IMG/VR virus record: IMGVR_UViG_3300024243_000016
Span: 693 to 64,692 of that record
Reading direction: 5' to 3' (one strand)
Source of the DNA: a virus
Lineage: Duplodnaviria; Caudoviricetes
Length of the DNA stretch: 64,000 bases
A model generated the notes under the pieces. That model saw only the letters and a list, made by a program, of their open reading frames with translations, was not told the DNA's origin and did not search any database. The position numbers were made by a program, and so were the translations under genes. Numbering within the stretch: the stretch's first letter is position 1; each line of letters opens with the position of its first letter. Shown one piece after another: positions 41,401-50,439 of this stretch.

Positions 41401-41979
41401 ATTCTTTTTCTGAAAGATCGTTTGATGATCTACTCCACCAGAAACATATGCAAACAACTCAACTGAAAACTTATCTCCAGATGGTATTACCTTAGATCTA
41501 CCAGTTTGCTTTTTAGAAATTAAATTATAATTTGAACCAGCATAATCTGCTGTTTTTACATAGTTTTTTGACGAACTGTTTAACAAAACATATCCATTAT
41601 ATTTTGGCCACAAATCATCAAAAATATATTTTTCATAACCAGACAATTTCTCAAAAAAAACAACCAACTCATCTCTTGTACCATCGAATGGATAATAATT
41701 AATAACCTTATCAAAAGCAACGTTAACATTAACTTCAGCACTATTGAAAAATGTATGATTTTGAAACTCAGAAAAATCAACCTTTAATTGTTGTGTACTT
41801 AGTAAACCGTTAGTACTTTGACCAAAATATATACTAGACGTTAATATACTTTTACTATTTTCCTTATACTCTGCCAAACTATCTAAAGACTTAAATCTAT
41901 TTGTTGCCCAATTTTTAATCAACAGTTTTGGGTCAAAAGTTATTTGTGGTGGCTTTAAAGATCTTTCTGATTTTGCCAA
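38458..41979 (-). CDS. Baseplate-associated protein with LamG domains and a gpI/gp7-like segment
   Basis: WHHVF, GALDEVRVW, LLLYYKFNE and GQVSQIRFW LamG motifs. IYKTKGTVDSLKSYIRAFG wedge-type KGT motif. TTG start with GGAG SD. Confidence 0.7.
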   Translation of the reverse strand: MAKSERSLKPPQITFDPKLLIKNWATNRFKSLDSLAEYKENSKSILTSSIYFGQSTNGLLSTQQLKVDFSEFQNHTFFNSAEVNVNVAFDKVINYYPFDGTRDELVVFFEKLSGYEKYIFDDLWPKYNGYVLLNSSSKNYVKTADYAGSNYNLISKKQTGRSKVIPSGDKFSVELFAYVSGGVDHQTIFQKKNDSYNNGIVLAVSGTEATENNYSSSLYFKVASRVKNTDESYDNVTMSASCEFPTGSWHHVFAEWDRSSDEHKLRLYVDGNVKVVSDSFYISSIESSNFDMDYIYVGSGSSWVDGDDVSGYYNGALDEVRVWNRDKSISELLKYKDRNVFAQDGLLLYYKFNEPNGTAKESLVLDYSGNSLHGAITSDDGVISSYENIRLQNTASGDNTLSHMTYENDYYSPILFPSYDSLVDLNTLLLSSASVYDNVNPSLITRMVPEHYFEEASYFEFGDESTAPFGTDIYETSRFNRNSTVGSHILAGLLYTWAKHFDEIKIYIDQFVNMLYFGFDDYDQAPDIFAKEVANFYGFNLQGFFDNASFSQFFDGSGVTIDDQWVFETMTSVRDKLWERVFHLLPHIYKTKGTVDSLKSYIRAFGINPDSNFRFVEYGGTNYVVDLEDKRQDRYEIAGILDMSASNSLIYSSPLSSSFYNSENNALLTSQSFSVEQIVKFPANIEYASTQSMCRLHVTGSSAKSNSGVIFNLLALSSSYKQNISSSIALYGRPSSYNDSVISPTLELKLTGVNVFDGEKWNICWGRNKSDNHVTKSSYFLMANKNNFGSLLSSKFTSSFFKEVVGASETYNVLENIVDEYNNSGSFIVIGSQSLDAGSSSDYGFLNNTTDVPLAVSRVTEFSGQVSQIRFWSKALSQEEFSEHTKNYKSVGMQNPDKFNFSASFYKDVLSSNPYTDDWARLRLDVSCDQDVVSSSAGGIINLVDYSQDKFPVGINNEVIWTGSKSEVVWDKSYMYGQGFELATPVIKNEDYFYSSISPYWDEPANGDKVSINESSVYEVDLMSERIVDDRFSVEFSVVRALNDDIVNIFSTIKDMTNYVGSYNDMFSSTYCNLESLRMTYFNRLRGKINIKGFFDFFVWFDQNIFKFAKQLIPAKTNFLGNNFVIESHMLERNKYFYKNFYQYVGKDSLSVGEKNIIDNNIVQCNIDVDVVD

Positions 41980-42004
41980 ATTATTTTAATACTCCAGCTT
42001 ATAT

Positions 42005-43501
42005 TTAACTTATTACCTTAACAACAAAATAATCATCAGTATAATGCTCTATACCGTTATCATTTACCATAAACTCTATTTTAAACAACTCCCCCACAGG
42101 CTTACAAACACTCATATCTAAATCAAAATACATACCATTAGAATCATACGATAGCCTAGTAGAATCATCGGTTGTTTCATATGCAACTAATATATCATTA
42201 GAATTAAGATGTCTTATTTGATAATAGGCCTTATCTAACAATAACGACTGAGAGTCTGATGGCAATTTGCTACTATCAGTTGAGAAAGAAACTTCATTGG
42301 CAAAAACTCTAAACCTAGCCCTGTCTTCGTCACTATAATAAACACTTTTAAGGTTCGATATATTAAATACATATCTTTTTTGTTTAACATATGTAGATCG
42401 ATCTGGCTCTGCAATATCAAAAGTTCCAGTCATATAAGCCTTATTTCCACTTAAGTCTTTCCAATAATCATAAAAAGAAGCTGACGAATTTAAATCAATT
42501 TGTCCTGTTATTTCAGTTTGAAAACTATCTATAGCAAAAGAACAAGAGTATATTCCAGTATATACCTCTTTAGCAAAAACAGTGCTCTCATAAATGCTAG
42601 TAGAGCCAACAGAAGATGTTTTAGCCTTAATTTCTACCGACAAAGTATCTTGATTCTGTGAAGCTGATGAAATGCTAGTTAACTGACCTCTAACGATATT
42701 ATAGAAAAACAAAGAGCCAGTATTGTCAAAATAAAAATTACTTCTATTGTTCCTAAGTGAATCATCCCAATATGCTTCAATTCTAGGGCAATACTGTTTG
42801 TATCTAGAATGCCTAGAATAAAACTTTTTAATCCATCTAGAATAATTATCAGTTTCCTCAGAGCCAGAAAATGCGATCACAAAGCCATGATCCGGTATTT
42901 GACCAGCAACCGTCGCACTACATATTGTTGTTATATTCATCGACAAGTCTTCAGTACCATCATCAAAATTATGCACAACAAACAAATCACCTAAGACACT
43001 GCTGGCAGTTAAGAAATCAATGCTCTCTTGTCCCAAATACCCGCCAGATGAAGCACCCTCCCCATTCCAACCATCACTAAACCCACTAGCAGTAACCCAA
43101 TTTGTAACCCCCAAATCCCTATACTCCTCACTATCGATACCAGGGCCTTCCGACCAAGACTTGCTAAGTGGATACAAAACAACATTAAAGCTAGATGGAA
43201 CAATATCGTTGTGATATAAATTAAACATTTTAAGGTAAAAATTAACATCAGACAGTTTTGTCCCAGACAACAAACCACCAGAACCTGTCAACTCCCTAAT
43301 AGGATCAAAGTCAAACTTTAATAAAACTCTAGACCTCTCATGTATACCACTGCTAGTACTTGCCATCACTGACTCATCATACAACTTGAACAAGCTAATT
43401 TCGCCAGCACGACCCACGTTTGCATCTGTCACTCTAAATGAATTATTAACAACTTTGTTTGTTATAAATGTATCTTTATCGCAATCTAAAAATTTATACA
43501 T
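42005..43501 (-). CDS. Structural protein with DNRLRE-like beta domain
   Basis: KDTFI...RSRVLLKFD...WSEG...TNW...DHGFVI...FYSR...PRIE pattern. Confidence 0.6.
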   Translation of the reverse strand: MYKFLDCDKDTFITNKVVNNSFRVTDANVGRAGEISLFKLYDESVMASTSSGIHERSRVLLKFDFDPIRELTGSGGLLSGTKLSDVNFYLKMFNLYHNDIVPSSFNVVLYPLSKSWSEGPGIDSEEYRDLGVTNWVTASGFSDGWNGEGASSGGYLGQESIDFLTASSVLGDLFVVHNFDDGTEDLSMNITTICSATVAGQIPDHGFVIAFSGSEETDNYSRWIKKFYSRHSRYKQYCPRIEAYWDDSLRNNRSNFYFDNTGSLFFYNIVRGQLTSISSASQNQDTLSVEIKAKTSSVGSTSIYESTVFAKEVYTGIYSCSFAIDSFQTEITGQIDLNSSASFYDYWKDLSGNKAYMTGTFDIAEPDRSTYVKQKRYVFNISNLKSVYYSDEDRARFRVFANEVSFSTDSSKLPSDSQSLLLDKAYYQIRHLNSNDILVAYETTDDSTRLSYDSNGMYFDLDMSVCKPVGELFKIEFMVNDNGIEHYTDDYFVVKVIS

Positions 43502-45297
43502 TAACTAACCTTCCCTTTAATGTCATATTCTAAATATTTAAACTCAAACATAGAATCACTTGGACACAACAACACATTCTTATTAACATTAATATTATAT
43601 TGATCATCTGAATATTTTCTACCATCAAAATTATCAGACAAATTAATAAACTCTAAATCAAAAACAGATATAACACCATCTAAATTATATATAACATCAA
43701 CTACATCTGACAATAATATCGGCTGACCAATCTGAAAATTCATGACATTAAAATAGTCATATAAGTCTGACAATGCGTTAGATAAAATTTCATCTTTATT
43801 GAAGCCTGACTTTACCAATATGTTAAAATTTAACCCTAAGTTAATTATTTTAGTATCAAAAATTTCAACATGTTCATTAATTGATATATACCTACTTAAA
43901 TAAGTTTTTAAATTATTTTTCAAAAACGTAGGACTTTGTATTAAGTTTCCTTCAGAATCTCTACTTAAAACTCTCAACTCAGTGACAAATGGTATCGTTG
44001 ATGGGCTAACCATGGCCCTATAAACTCTCCCAAACTTAGATGGCATAGAATATACTCTCGCTAAATAATCCTCACTAGTAACAATCCTCTTCTGTGAAGC
44101 ATAATGACCGCCCATTGTTCTTCTTATGTCATCTAGTGACTGTCTTGCTTCCCCGCCAGAGGCACCAATGTCATTCCTAACATTCAAAGTCGAAAAAACC
44201 ATATTTTTAACAGAATTACTAACATCAGAAACTGATGGAAATTCTACCAATGCACTGTCAATAGTGTTTACAGAGCCTTCGGCAACATTATGAGACAACC
44301 CCCCACCAACACGACACCTTGCCGTAAGTGTTGTACTATACGGTGAAATGCCATAAGTCTTAGTCTTTAAAAACTGGTTTGGATTTATAGAGAAGCTTGA
44401 TATAGTAGATTTTCCATACATAGGAACTGCATACTGTGATGGATCTGGAACAATATCATCATCTACTATACTCTGCTTACCTGAACCAAATTGTAATGTT
44501 GTTTTCCTATTCTCAATGTCATATACAGAAACAAACCTGAATGGTACATATTTAAGCTTTAAAACATATGGAACCAACCCAGAGGCATCGTCCAAGCTTT
44601 CAACGGCCTCAAAAACAGTATCTTCAGACAAGTTGTCAACCTGATAATATTCATTTCCATTTGAATCAGTGACGGATATTACAGATGTTATATCCTCATC
44701 ATCAAGCTCCACTTTCCTAAAGTCTTCATAATCACCCAACTCATAATTATAAGTAGTAATCTGGCCAGAAATACAATGTCCACCCTTCTCTATAATATAA
44801 CTAGTAGGCGTACCAGTTGAATTAACTTCTGATATTGTTAATGCATCCATACTATAATCAGAAAAATCAACATCATCCTGTAATTCAAAAACCACACCAG
44901 AGTCAGAAGATAAAAGTGTTCCACGTTTAAGTGTTAACAAATACTTAGTGTCCGGCTTATTATTAACATTATTAACTGGAACCTCTATGGAAAACATACA
45001 ATTAACAACACTTGGGGTAGGAGGGGTAGCATTATACTGGAACTGCTTAATTATTCTCTTAACGCTCTTAAGCTCTCTTGCAGATTCTAAAAACATTTCA
45101 CCAAACTGATGATCCAAATAAAAGGATAAAACATCACCAACATATGCGCCCAGATCAATAAACATTCCAGGAATACCAGATTCACTAAAGTCCTGGTTGG
45201 CATCAGGAAAGTGTGTTTTTGCATACTCAATTAAATCATTCCTAAAAGAATTAAAATCTTTGTTTAAATACTTTAACGTTTTTTTCTTAGAAGACAT
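43501..45297 (-). CDS. Baseplate wedge protein (T4 gp6 / baseplate J-like)
   Basis: YLNKDFNSFRNDL, DFSES, AYVGDVLSFYLD, LQFGSG, ASGG and QKRIVTSEDY. Confidence 0.9.
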   Translation of the reverse strand: MSSKKKTLKYLNKDFNSFRNDLIEYAKTHFPDANQDFSESGIPGMFIDLGAYVGDVLSFYLDHQFGEMFLESARELKSVKRIIKQFQYNATPPTPSVVNCMFSIEVPVNNVNNKPDTKYLLTLKRGTLLSSDSGVVFELQDDVDFSDYSMDALTISEVNSTGTPTSYIIEKGGHCISGQITTYNYELGDYEDFRKVELDDEDITSVISVTDSNGNEYYQVDNLSEDTVFEAVESLDDASGLVPYVLKLKYVPFRFVSVYDIENRKTTLQFGSGKQSIVDDDIVPDPSQYAVPMYGKSTISSFSINPNQFLKTKTYGISPYSTTLTARCRVGGGLSHNVAEGSVNTIDSALVEFPSVSDVSNSVKNMVFSTLNVRNDIGASGGEARQSLDDIRRTMGGHYASQKRIVTSEDYLARVYSMPSKFGRVYRAMVSPSTIPFVTELRVLSRDSEGNLIQSPTFLKNNLKTYLSRYISINEHVEIFDTKIINLGLNFNILVKSGFNKDEILSNALSDLYDYFNVMNFQIGQPILLSDVVDVIYNLDGVISVFDLEFINLSDNFDGRKYSDDQYNINVNKNVLLCPSDSMFEFKYLEYDIKGKVS

Positions 45298-45314
45298 TAA
45301 AAAAATTCCTTATT

Positions 45315-45767
45315 TTATTGAGCAACTCCCAACTCAAGACTAAAAATTTTATCATTAATGCTTGGCACATTATATGTAATCTTAACAATTGCATAACTAA
45401 CTTCATTTATATCATTGTTTGAAAATTGAACATCTAGCTCATCCAACTTAACAAACGGCATATACTTAGAAACAGCCTCATTAATATGAACAGCTATTCT
45501 CTCTTCCAACTCATCACTTTCTTGTTCAAACAACAACTTCTTTAAATTAGCCCCAAAATCAAAAAGAACTAACCTTTCCCCATTATTAGTCAATATCAAA
45601 TTTTTTAAATTATCATTTATTTGATCTAACAATCTAGTGTGCATATCAATTGTGCCAAACCTAGCACTATTACGCAAAGGCGTAACAACACCTACAGCAC
45701 CCTCATCACGCTCAACAAGGCGCTCTGATTTTCGCTTACCAACACTATTAAATGATATAGCCATCAA
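45315..45767 (-). CDS. Baseplate wedge subunit (gp25/gpW-like)
   Basis: NLKNLILTNNGERL..FDFGANLKKLLFE...YMPFV. Confidence 0.9.
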   Translation of the reverse strand: MMAISFNSVGKRKSERLVERDEGAVGVVTPLRNSARFGTIDMHTRLLDQINDNLKNLILTNNGERLVLFDFGANLKKLLFEQESDELEERIAVHINEAVSKYMPFVKLDELDVQFSNNDINEVSYAIVKITYNVPSINDKIFSLELGVAQ

Positions 45768-45807
45768 ACTTAATTATCTAACAACAACAGAAAAACCATT
45801 AAAAAAA

Positions 45808-47484
45808 TTAAGAATATTTTATATTATTAGACAAAATATCAAATACTAGGCTTTCAAGCATGGCTTTTTCTATTGGGATCTGAGTGGTGCCCTTTGCAAT
45901 ACTATCTGGTGTGACAGTATGAGTATGATTCAAAAACTTTTGCAAAAAATCAACTAACTTTTCACCTAAAGCTGCCTTTTCTAATTCACCGTTACCTAAG
46001 CTAATATTATCACTATTCACAATAACTGACCCATCATTTTTAACAACAATAGAGCCAACAACCTTAGACTCAGATATATGTTGTGGCTTATCTCTAACAT
46101 CAATTGTAATGGCATTGTCATTATTGTAAGTAGGATCTATTTTTATTTGAGATAACTTATTTTGAGTCTCAATCAAAATAATACCATCTGGCAATAATGA
46201 TACGCTACTACCTATATTTTCAACACCATTACTGTTTTTTGTTGGAGAGAAGAACTTCAAGTTTTCATTACTAATGTCAGTATTAACACCCTGATTCATA
46301 CTCTGTAGGACAACAGAATGCCTCGCTATAGATCTAACACAATCAGCCTTATTAACAAAATAAGACAACTTGTCAGTCAACAAATTTATATTACCATCAG
46401 TTTTTATCTGCCAGTCAACATCATAATCAACAGTCCCATTAAAAATAGCTTGCTCTGGACCTGATAGTCCTTCGTTTAGATTTTCAACACTATCAATCTG
46501 CTTCTTGAGATGATTTAAAACAAAAAACGTATTATCACCATCAAAATTCATAAAAGAATAACAACAAGCACGATCATTGAAGAAGTCTAAAGCACCCTCA
46601 GACAAATTAAACCTTTCGTCATTACTAACATCAAAACTGCCATTACCAACATCAGTAATTTGTTTTCCATCAACAGTTTGTCTAGCACCATACCTACCAA
46701 CCACCATACCAACAGAACCAGCACCAGGGCCAACACTATTGTTAATGTCCTCTTTTCGCCCAGATGAAAAAATAACCATATTATTATTAGACCCCATAAG
46801 AACTAGTTCATCGCCCCGCTTAATAAACCTTGGAACAACCTCGTAGATGCTTCTAGACCTTCTTGACAAGTCAACATCATTACCTAAAAAAGCATCACCA
46901 TATGCAGATTCAATAAAGTTAAATGGCTTACTGTGATCATATGTTGCAACCAATGAGTTACCAACAGAGCCATCATCTATAAGCTCCACCTCTTTCATAA
47001 TTTTTTCAAGCTTTTCGTCAGAAGATAACTCTACAGAAAACTTATCAGTACTATTAATGAAGTTAACAAACTGATTATTTAATGGCTCTGAAACTCTACA
47101 CAACCAAAGCCCACAATATAACTCAGGCGACTTGTCAGTTTCATACATAACCCAAACAGTCTCACCCTTCTTAATAGGAACCATGAAGAAAGGATCAAAA
47201 GCAGAATAAAAAACTGCCCCCAATGGACTCTTTATGTCTACCAGTGAATTTTCTGGAACGTATACTTGTGCTCGAATGGAGTTTCTTGGACTATTTTTAT
47301 AAAACTTATTCCCATCAAAATCTATATCTAAAACTTTAGCCCTGTATATTTGTGGAGAAAAGCTTACAGCCTTAATTAAGTCAGGCAATGAATTATATAA
47401 TGCTTGTATAAAATTATTTCTAGCCTCTTTGTCTAGAAGACCATCAACGTTTCTTACAAAGTCTTTGAGAGTTGGATGTGACAA
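45808..47484 (-). CDS. Baseplate central spike (gp5/gpV/VgrG-like)
   Basis: OB-fold-type PIKKGETVWV, beta-repeat C-terminal half, apex LGEKL...NHTH metal-binding motif. Adjacent to gp25. Confidence 0.65.
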   Translation of the reverse strand: MSHPTLKDFVRNVDGLLDKEARNNFIQALYNSLPDLIKAVSFSPQIYRAKVLDIDFDGNKFYKNSPRNSIRAQVYVPENSLVDIKSPLGAVFYSAFDPFFMVPIKKGETVWVMYETDKSPELYCGLWLCRVSEPLNNQFVNFINSTDKFSVELSSDEKLEKIMKEVELIDDGSVGNSLVATYDHSKPFNFIESAYGDAFLGNDVDLSRRSRSIYEVVPRFIKRGDELVLMGSNNNMVIFSSGRKEDINNSVGPGAGSVGMVVGRYGARQTVDGKQITDVGNGSFDVSNDERFNLSEGALDFFNDRACCYSFMNFDGDNTFFVLNHLKKQIDSVENLNEGLSGPEQAIFNGTVDYDVDWQIKTDGNINLLTDKLSYFVNKADCVRSIARHSVVLQSMNQGVNTDISNENLKFFSPTKNSNGVENIGSSVSLLPDGIILIETQNKLSQIKIDPTYNNDNAITIDVRDKPQHISESKVVGSIVVKNDGSVIVNSDNISLGNGELEKAALGEKLVDFLQKFLNHTHTVTPDSIAKGTTQIPIEKAMLESLVFDILSNNIKYS

Positions 47485-47814
47485 TTATTCAACATTTCCT
47501 ATGTGCTTTTTCTCTTTAAAAAATACAGTTTTTTGATCATTGTTATTGCTGTTGTCGTTAGCGGTAGAGGTCAAAGAATCATTAACCTTATCTAACTTAC
47601 TAGCTAACTCCTCGACACTCTCACCCCTCTCAATCATTTCCAGCAAAAATAATTCTAAAATATTCCTGGTACTAACCAACTCCACCAAAACCTTTTCAGC
47701 CACGGATGCTTGTACAACATATGAGTCTAAAAGTGTTTTTATATTTAACTGTAAGTCTGCACTAGTTAACTCCTTTAAATCACTAACACCAATATTGTTA
47801 TCATCATTATTCAA
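47485..47814 (-). CDS. Hypothetical coiled-coil protein (start probably TTG at 47814)
   Basis: The track ORF starts at 47901 and overlaps its neighbour. A purine-rich GGGGAAGGA precedes the TTG at 47814. Confidence 0.5.
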   Translation of the reverse strand: MNNDDNNIGVSDLKELTSADLQLNIKTLLDSYVVQASVAEKVLVELVSTRNILELFLLEMIERGESVEELASKLDKVNDSLTSTANDNSNNNDQKTVFFKEKKHIGNVE

Positions 47815-48121
47815 TTCCTTCCCCCGCTTCTCTTTTAATTTCATTAATTTCATCCAACAACTTTTCTTTCTCTTCATCAGAAAAAGAATCATCCATTTCA
47901 TGATCCTGGATTAAATTTGCCAACTTAAGTAGTTGGTCTGTAGTTTTATTAGATCTCTCAAGGTACTTTACAATAACTGGGCCAAGTAATGAATGATGAT
48001 CCTTATCCTTGTCTATCTTTTGTAAAATACTCTTATATAATATAAGGGCCTTATCTCTATCTTCACTAGCGTTATTAAAAATTATATTATATAACTCTTT
48101 TAATGTAATTTTATCTACCAT
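47807..48121 (-). CDS. Hypothetical helical protein
   Basis: 104 aa. GGAG SD. Confidence 0.6.
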   Translation of the reverse strand: MVDKITLKELYNIIFNNASEDRDKALILYKSILQKIDKDKDHHSLLGPVIVKYLERSNKTTDQLLKLANLIQDHEMDDSFSDEEKEKLLDEINEIKREAGEGIE

Positions 48122-48166
48122 TTATTTAAAATCTCCAAAAAAATAATACATTGTTTTATTTAAATA

Positions 48167-48862
48167 TCAACAATCTTTAAAATACTTCTTTCTTTTTTTA
48201 TAAAACCCATAAGATCTTCTAAACTTATTTAACTGTGCTACTATTTGTTTTGTTGACATCCCAGTTATTTCCCTTAAATATAAATATATTGATTTTTTAT
48301 TTATTATATCTATTTCATTAGAATGCTCTAACAAATATATAATACCATCTAAAACATTAACCTCACTATCTTTTTTATACCTTACCTTCCAATTCCTAAT
48401 CTCTTCCATTGTCTCATTTATCTCTTCTCTTTGTATTAATGTTTCCTCATAAGGACTTTCAACCCTCTGCAATAAGTTATATCTGTTGTCTGTTTCTGAG
48501 GAGCTATTTCTTTCGGAATAAGAAATTTCTCTTCTCCTTTTCTTACTTTCCTTATATTGTTTAGCCAACAAATAATTCTTAGCCACAACATTAAAATAGG
48601 AAAAAGCTTTGCTACCACGATCAGGATCAAATTTATACAACTTTTCATATAAATATGACACACAATCATCAACTAACGTATCATATGAAACTTCATTATT
48701 ACAACTAAACTTGTACACCATCAATAAATTTTTAACAAGATTTTCAAAACTCTCCCTTATACGCTCATCATAAATTTTATGCTTTTTAGCAAAATCACAC
48801 TCATCATTAAAGTCTACTATAGCTTTATGAGTCTTGCCATCGAAATAATCATTCTTAGACAT
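48167..48862 (-). CDS. Phage sigma factor (sigma70 region 2; gp55-like late sigma candidate)
   Basis: DDCVSYLYEKLYKFDPDRGSKAFSYFNVVAKN region-2 pattern. C-terminal HTH-like LREITGMSTKQI. Confidence 0.75.
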   Translation of the reverse strand: MSKNDYFDGKTHKAIVDFNDECDFAKKHKIYDERIRESFENLVKNLLMVYKFSCNNEVSYDTLVDDCVSYLYEKLYKFDPDRGSKAFSYFNVVAKNYLLAKQYKESKKRRREISYSERNSSSETDNRYNLLQRVESPYEETLIQREEINETMEEIRNWKVRYKKDSEVNVLDGIIYLLEHSNEIDIINKKSIYLYLREITGMSTKQIVAQLNKFRRSYGFYKKRKKYFKDC

Positions 48863-48893
48863 ATTTAATATTACACTCCATTCAATTCAACTT

Positions 48894-49202
48894 TTAACTT
48901 AAATTATTAGAATCACCTGAGCTTTTAACTGAAATAGAGGTTAAAAAATTAATAGCTCTATTTACTTCATTGACAACAGCCTTTATCTCTGGAGTATCGG
49001 AATACACTGGCCTATTTAATATATTTTCTAAGTTCTTTTTAGATCGATCAAGATTAGAAACCATCCTCTTCATTGCATCCTCAAAATTAAACAACATTAC
49101 CGCAGACTTTCTTAGATATAAAAATAAAACAATATTAAATATAGAAGAAATTAAAAATAAAACTAAAAATAATACAAACATTATTAAATCACTCCATTGC
49201 AA
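48894..49202 (-). CDS. Single-pass membrane protein with coiled coil
   Basis: Hydrophobic stretch at residues ~6-30 followed by a heptad-like region. Confidence 0.6.
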   Translation of the reverse strand: MQWSDLIMFVLFLVLFLISSIFNIVLFLYLRKSAVMLFNFEDAMKRMVSNLDRSKKNLENILNRPVYSDTPEIKAVVNEVNRAINFLTSISVKSSGDSNNLS

Positions 49203-49213
49203 AAAACTTATAA

Positions 49214-50422
49214 TTATTTATACTTAGAGGTTAATATTTTCTCAAAATTATTAAATATATTATCAAGGGCATATCTTCCTCTAGCCTTCTTGGACAAAAC
49301 TTTAGCCGATTCCAAATAAGACTCATGGTTCTCAAAAAGCTCATATAAGCTAGACTTGAAAGAGTTTATATCAACCTCTGCCCACTTAGCCCCATTAACA
49401 AAAATATTGTTATCAATCCTCTCTTTAGGCACATTAACCAAACTATATGGCAATCTACTAGAGGACTTTTTATATAAATCAATTATATCTTTATGCCCAG
49501 ACCAATCAGTAACCATAACTGGCAATCCAGAAACAGCCGCCTCTAAAACTGGTATACAAAAACCTTCTCCCCTAGTAGGCATAACAAAGGCTTTAATCTT
49601 CGGATGATTATATAAAGCAGCCATCTCAACATCTGACATATAACCATGAACTAAATGAACTTTTGGAAACTTTCCCCAAGGTCGAACGCTGTTGATCATA
49701 GATTTAACTGTGCTAGTAGTAACAACCTTATCAACAATAGAGTTGCCAGCAGAATTTGTTTTCAAAACTAAGCCAACATCTTTTCTACCTGAAAACGCTT
49801 CACAAAAAGTCTTAATTAATAAAAATATATTTTTTCTATCAATTCTAGGATCTCCAGTTAATTGACCAACAGATAAGAAATTAAAATCAGTTTCAAATTC
49901 TAAGTTGTTATAATTATATTCAAAATTCTCCTTAAAAACTAACTCATCATACGAGTGACCAATAGCATAAATTGGCACACCAACAGGGCCAGAATTCTTA
50001 AAGGTATTTTTGGTATGATTAGAAGGAACAAAAATAATATCCATATTGTTACATGCATTAACCCATTCAGGATTACAAATGTCTGTCTCGACACCAGCAG
50101 TAATGCCTACATTATATTTAGCCAATTTTGGATCAAACTCATTTGGTAAAATATGCTGGAATGAGATATCAAACTGATTAATATTATGTGGTTTATTATG
50201 TTTCTCAACAATACTCTTCTCTTTAAAGTCATTAATCAAAAATGGAGTTTTACCCCAAGGAGTTATCTCAAAATATAAATCCCAATTATACTTTTCGGAT
50301 AACCTATGTAACATAACAGCAACCTGCCTAGATGCAACACCATAACCAGAAACACTTAAGACTGGTGCTCTAAAAACTACCGTCTTATTATTTAATTTAT
50401 CATTTTTATCGTTATTAGACAT
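49214..50422 (-). CDS. Glycosyltransferase, GT4/GT-B (start revised to 50422)
   Basis: SGYG, DRKN and EGFCIPVLEA (E-x7-E). GGAGG SD before MSNND. Confidence 0.88.
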   Translation of the reverse strand: MSNNDKNDKLNNKTVVFRAPVLSVSGYGVASRQVAVMLHRLSEKYNWDLYFEITPWGKTPFLINDFKEKSIVEKHNKPHNINQFDISFQHILPNEFDPKLAKYNVGITAGVETDICNPEWVNACNNMDIIFVPSNHTKNTFKNSGPVGVPIYAIGHSYDELVFKENFEYNYNNLEFETDFNFLSVGQLTGDPRIDRKNIFLLIKTFCEAFSGRKDVGLVLKTNSAGNSIVDKVVTTSTVKSMINSVRPWGKFPKVHLVHGYMSDVEMAALYNHPKIKAFVMPTRGEGFCIPVLEAAVSGLPVMVTDWSGHKDIIDLYKKSSSRLPYSLVNVPKERIDNNIFVNGAKWAEVDINSFKSSLYELFENHESYLESAKVLSKKARGRYALDNIFNNFEKILTSKYK

Positions 50423-50439
50423 AGTACACAAACCTCCAT

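Noticed and set aside
19610-43501. N-x-S/T sequons in structural proteins
   Set aside because: These are expected by chance in Asn/Ser-rich proteins, and no oligosaccharyltransferase was seen.
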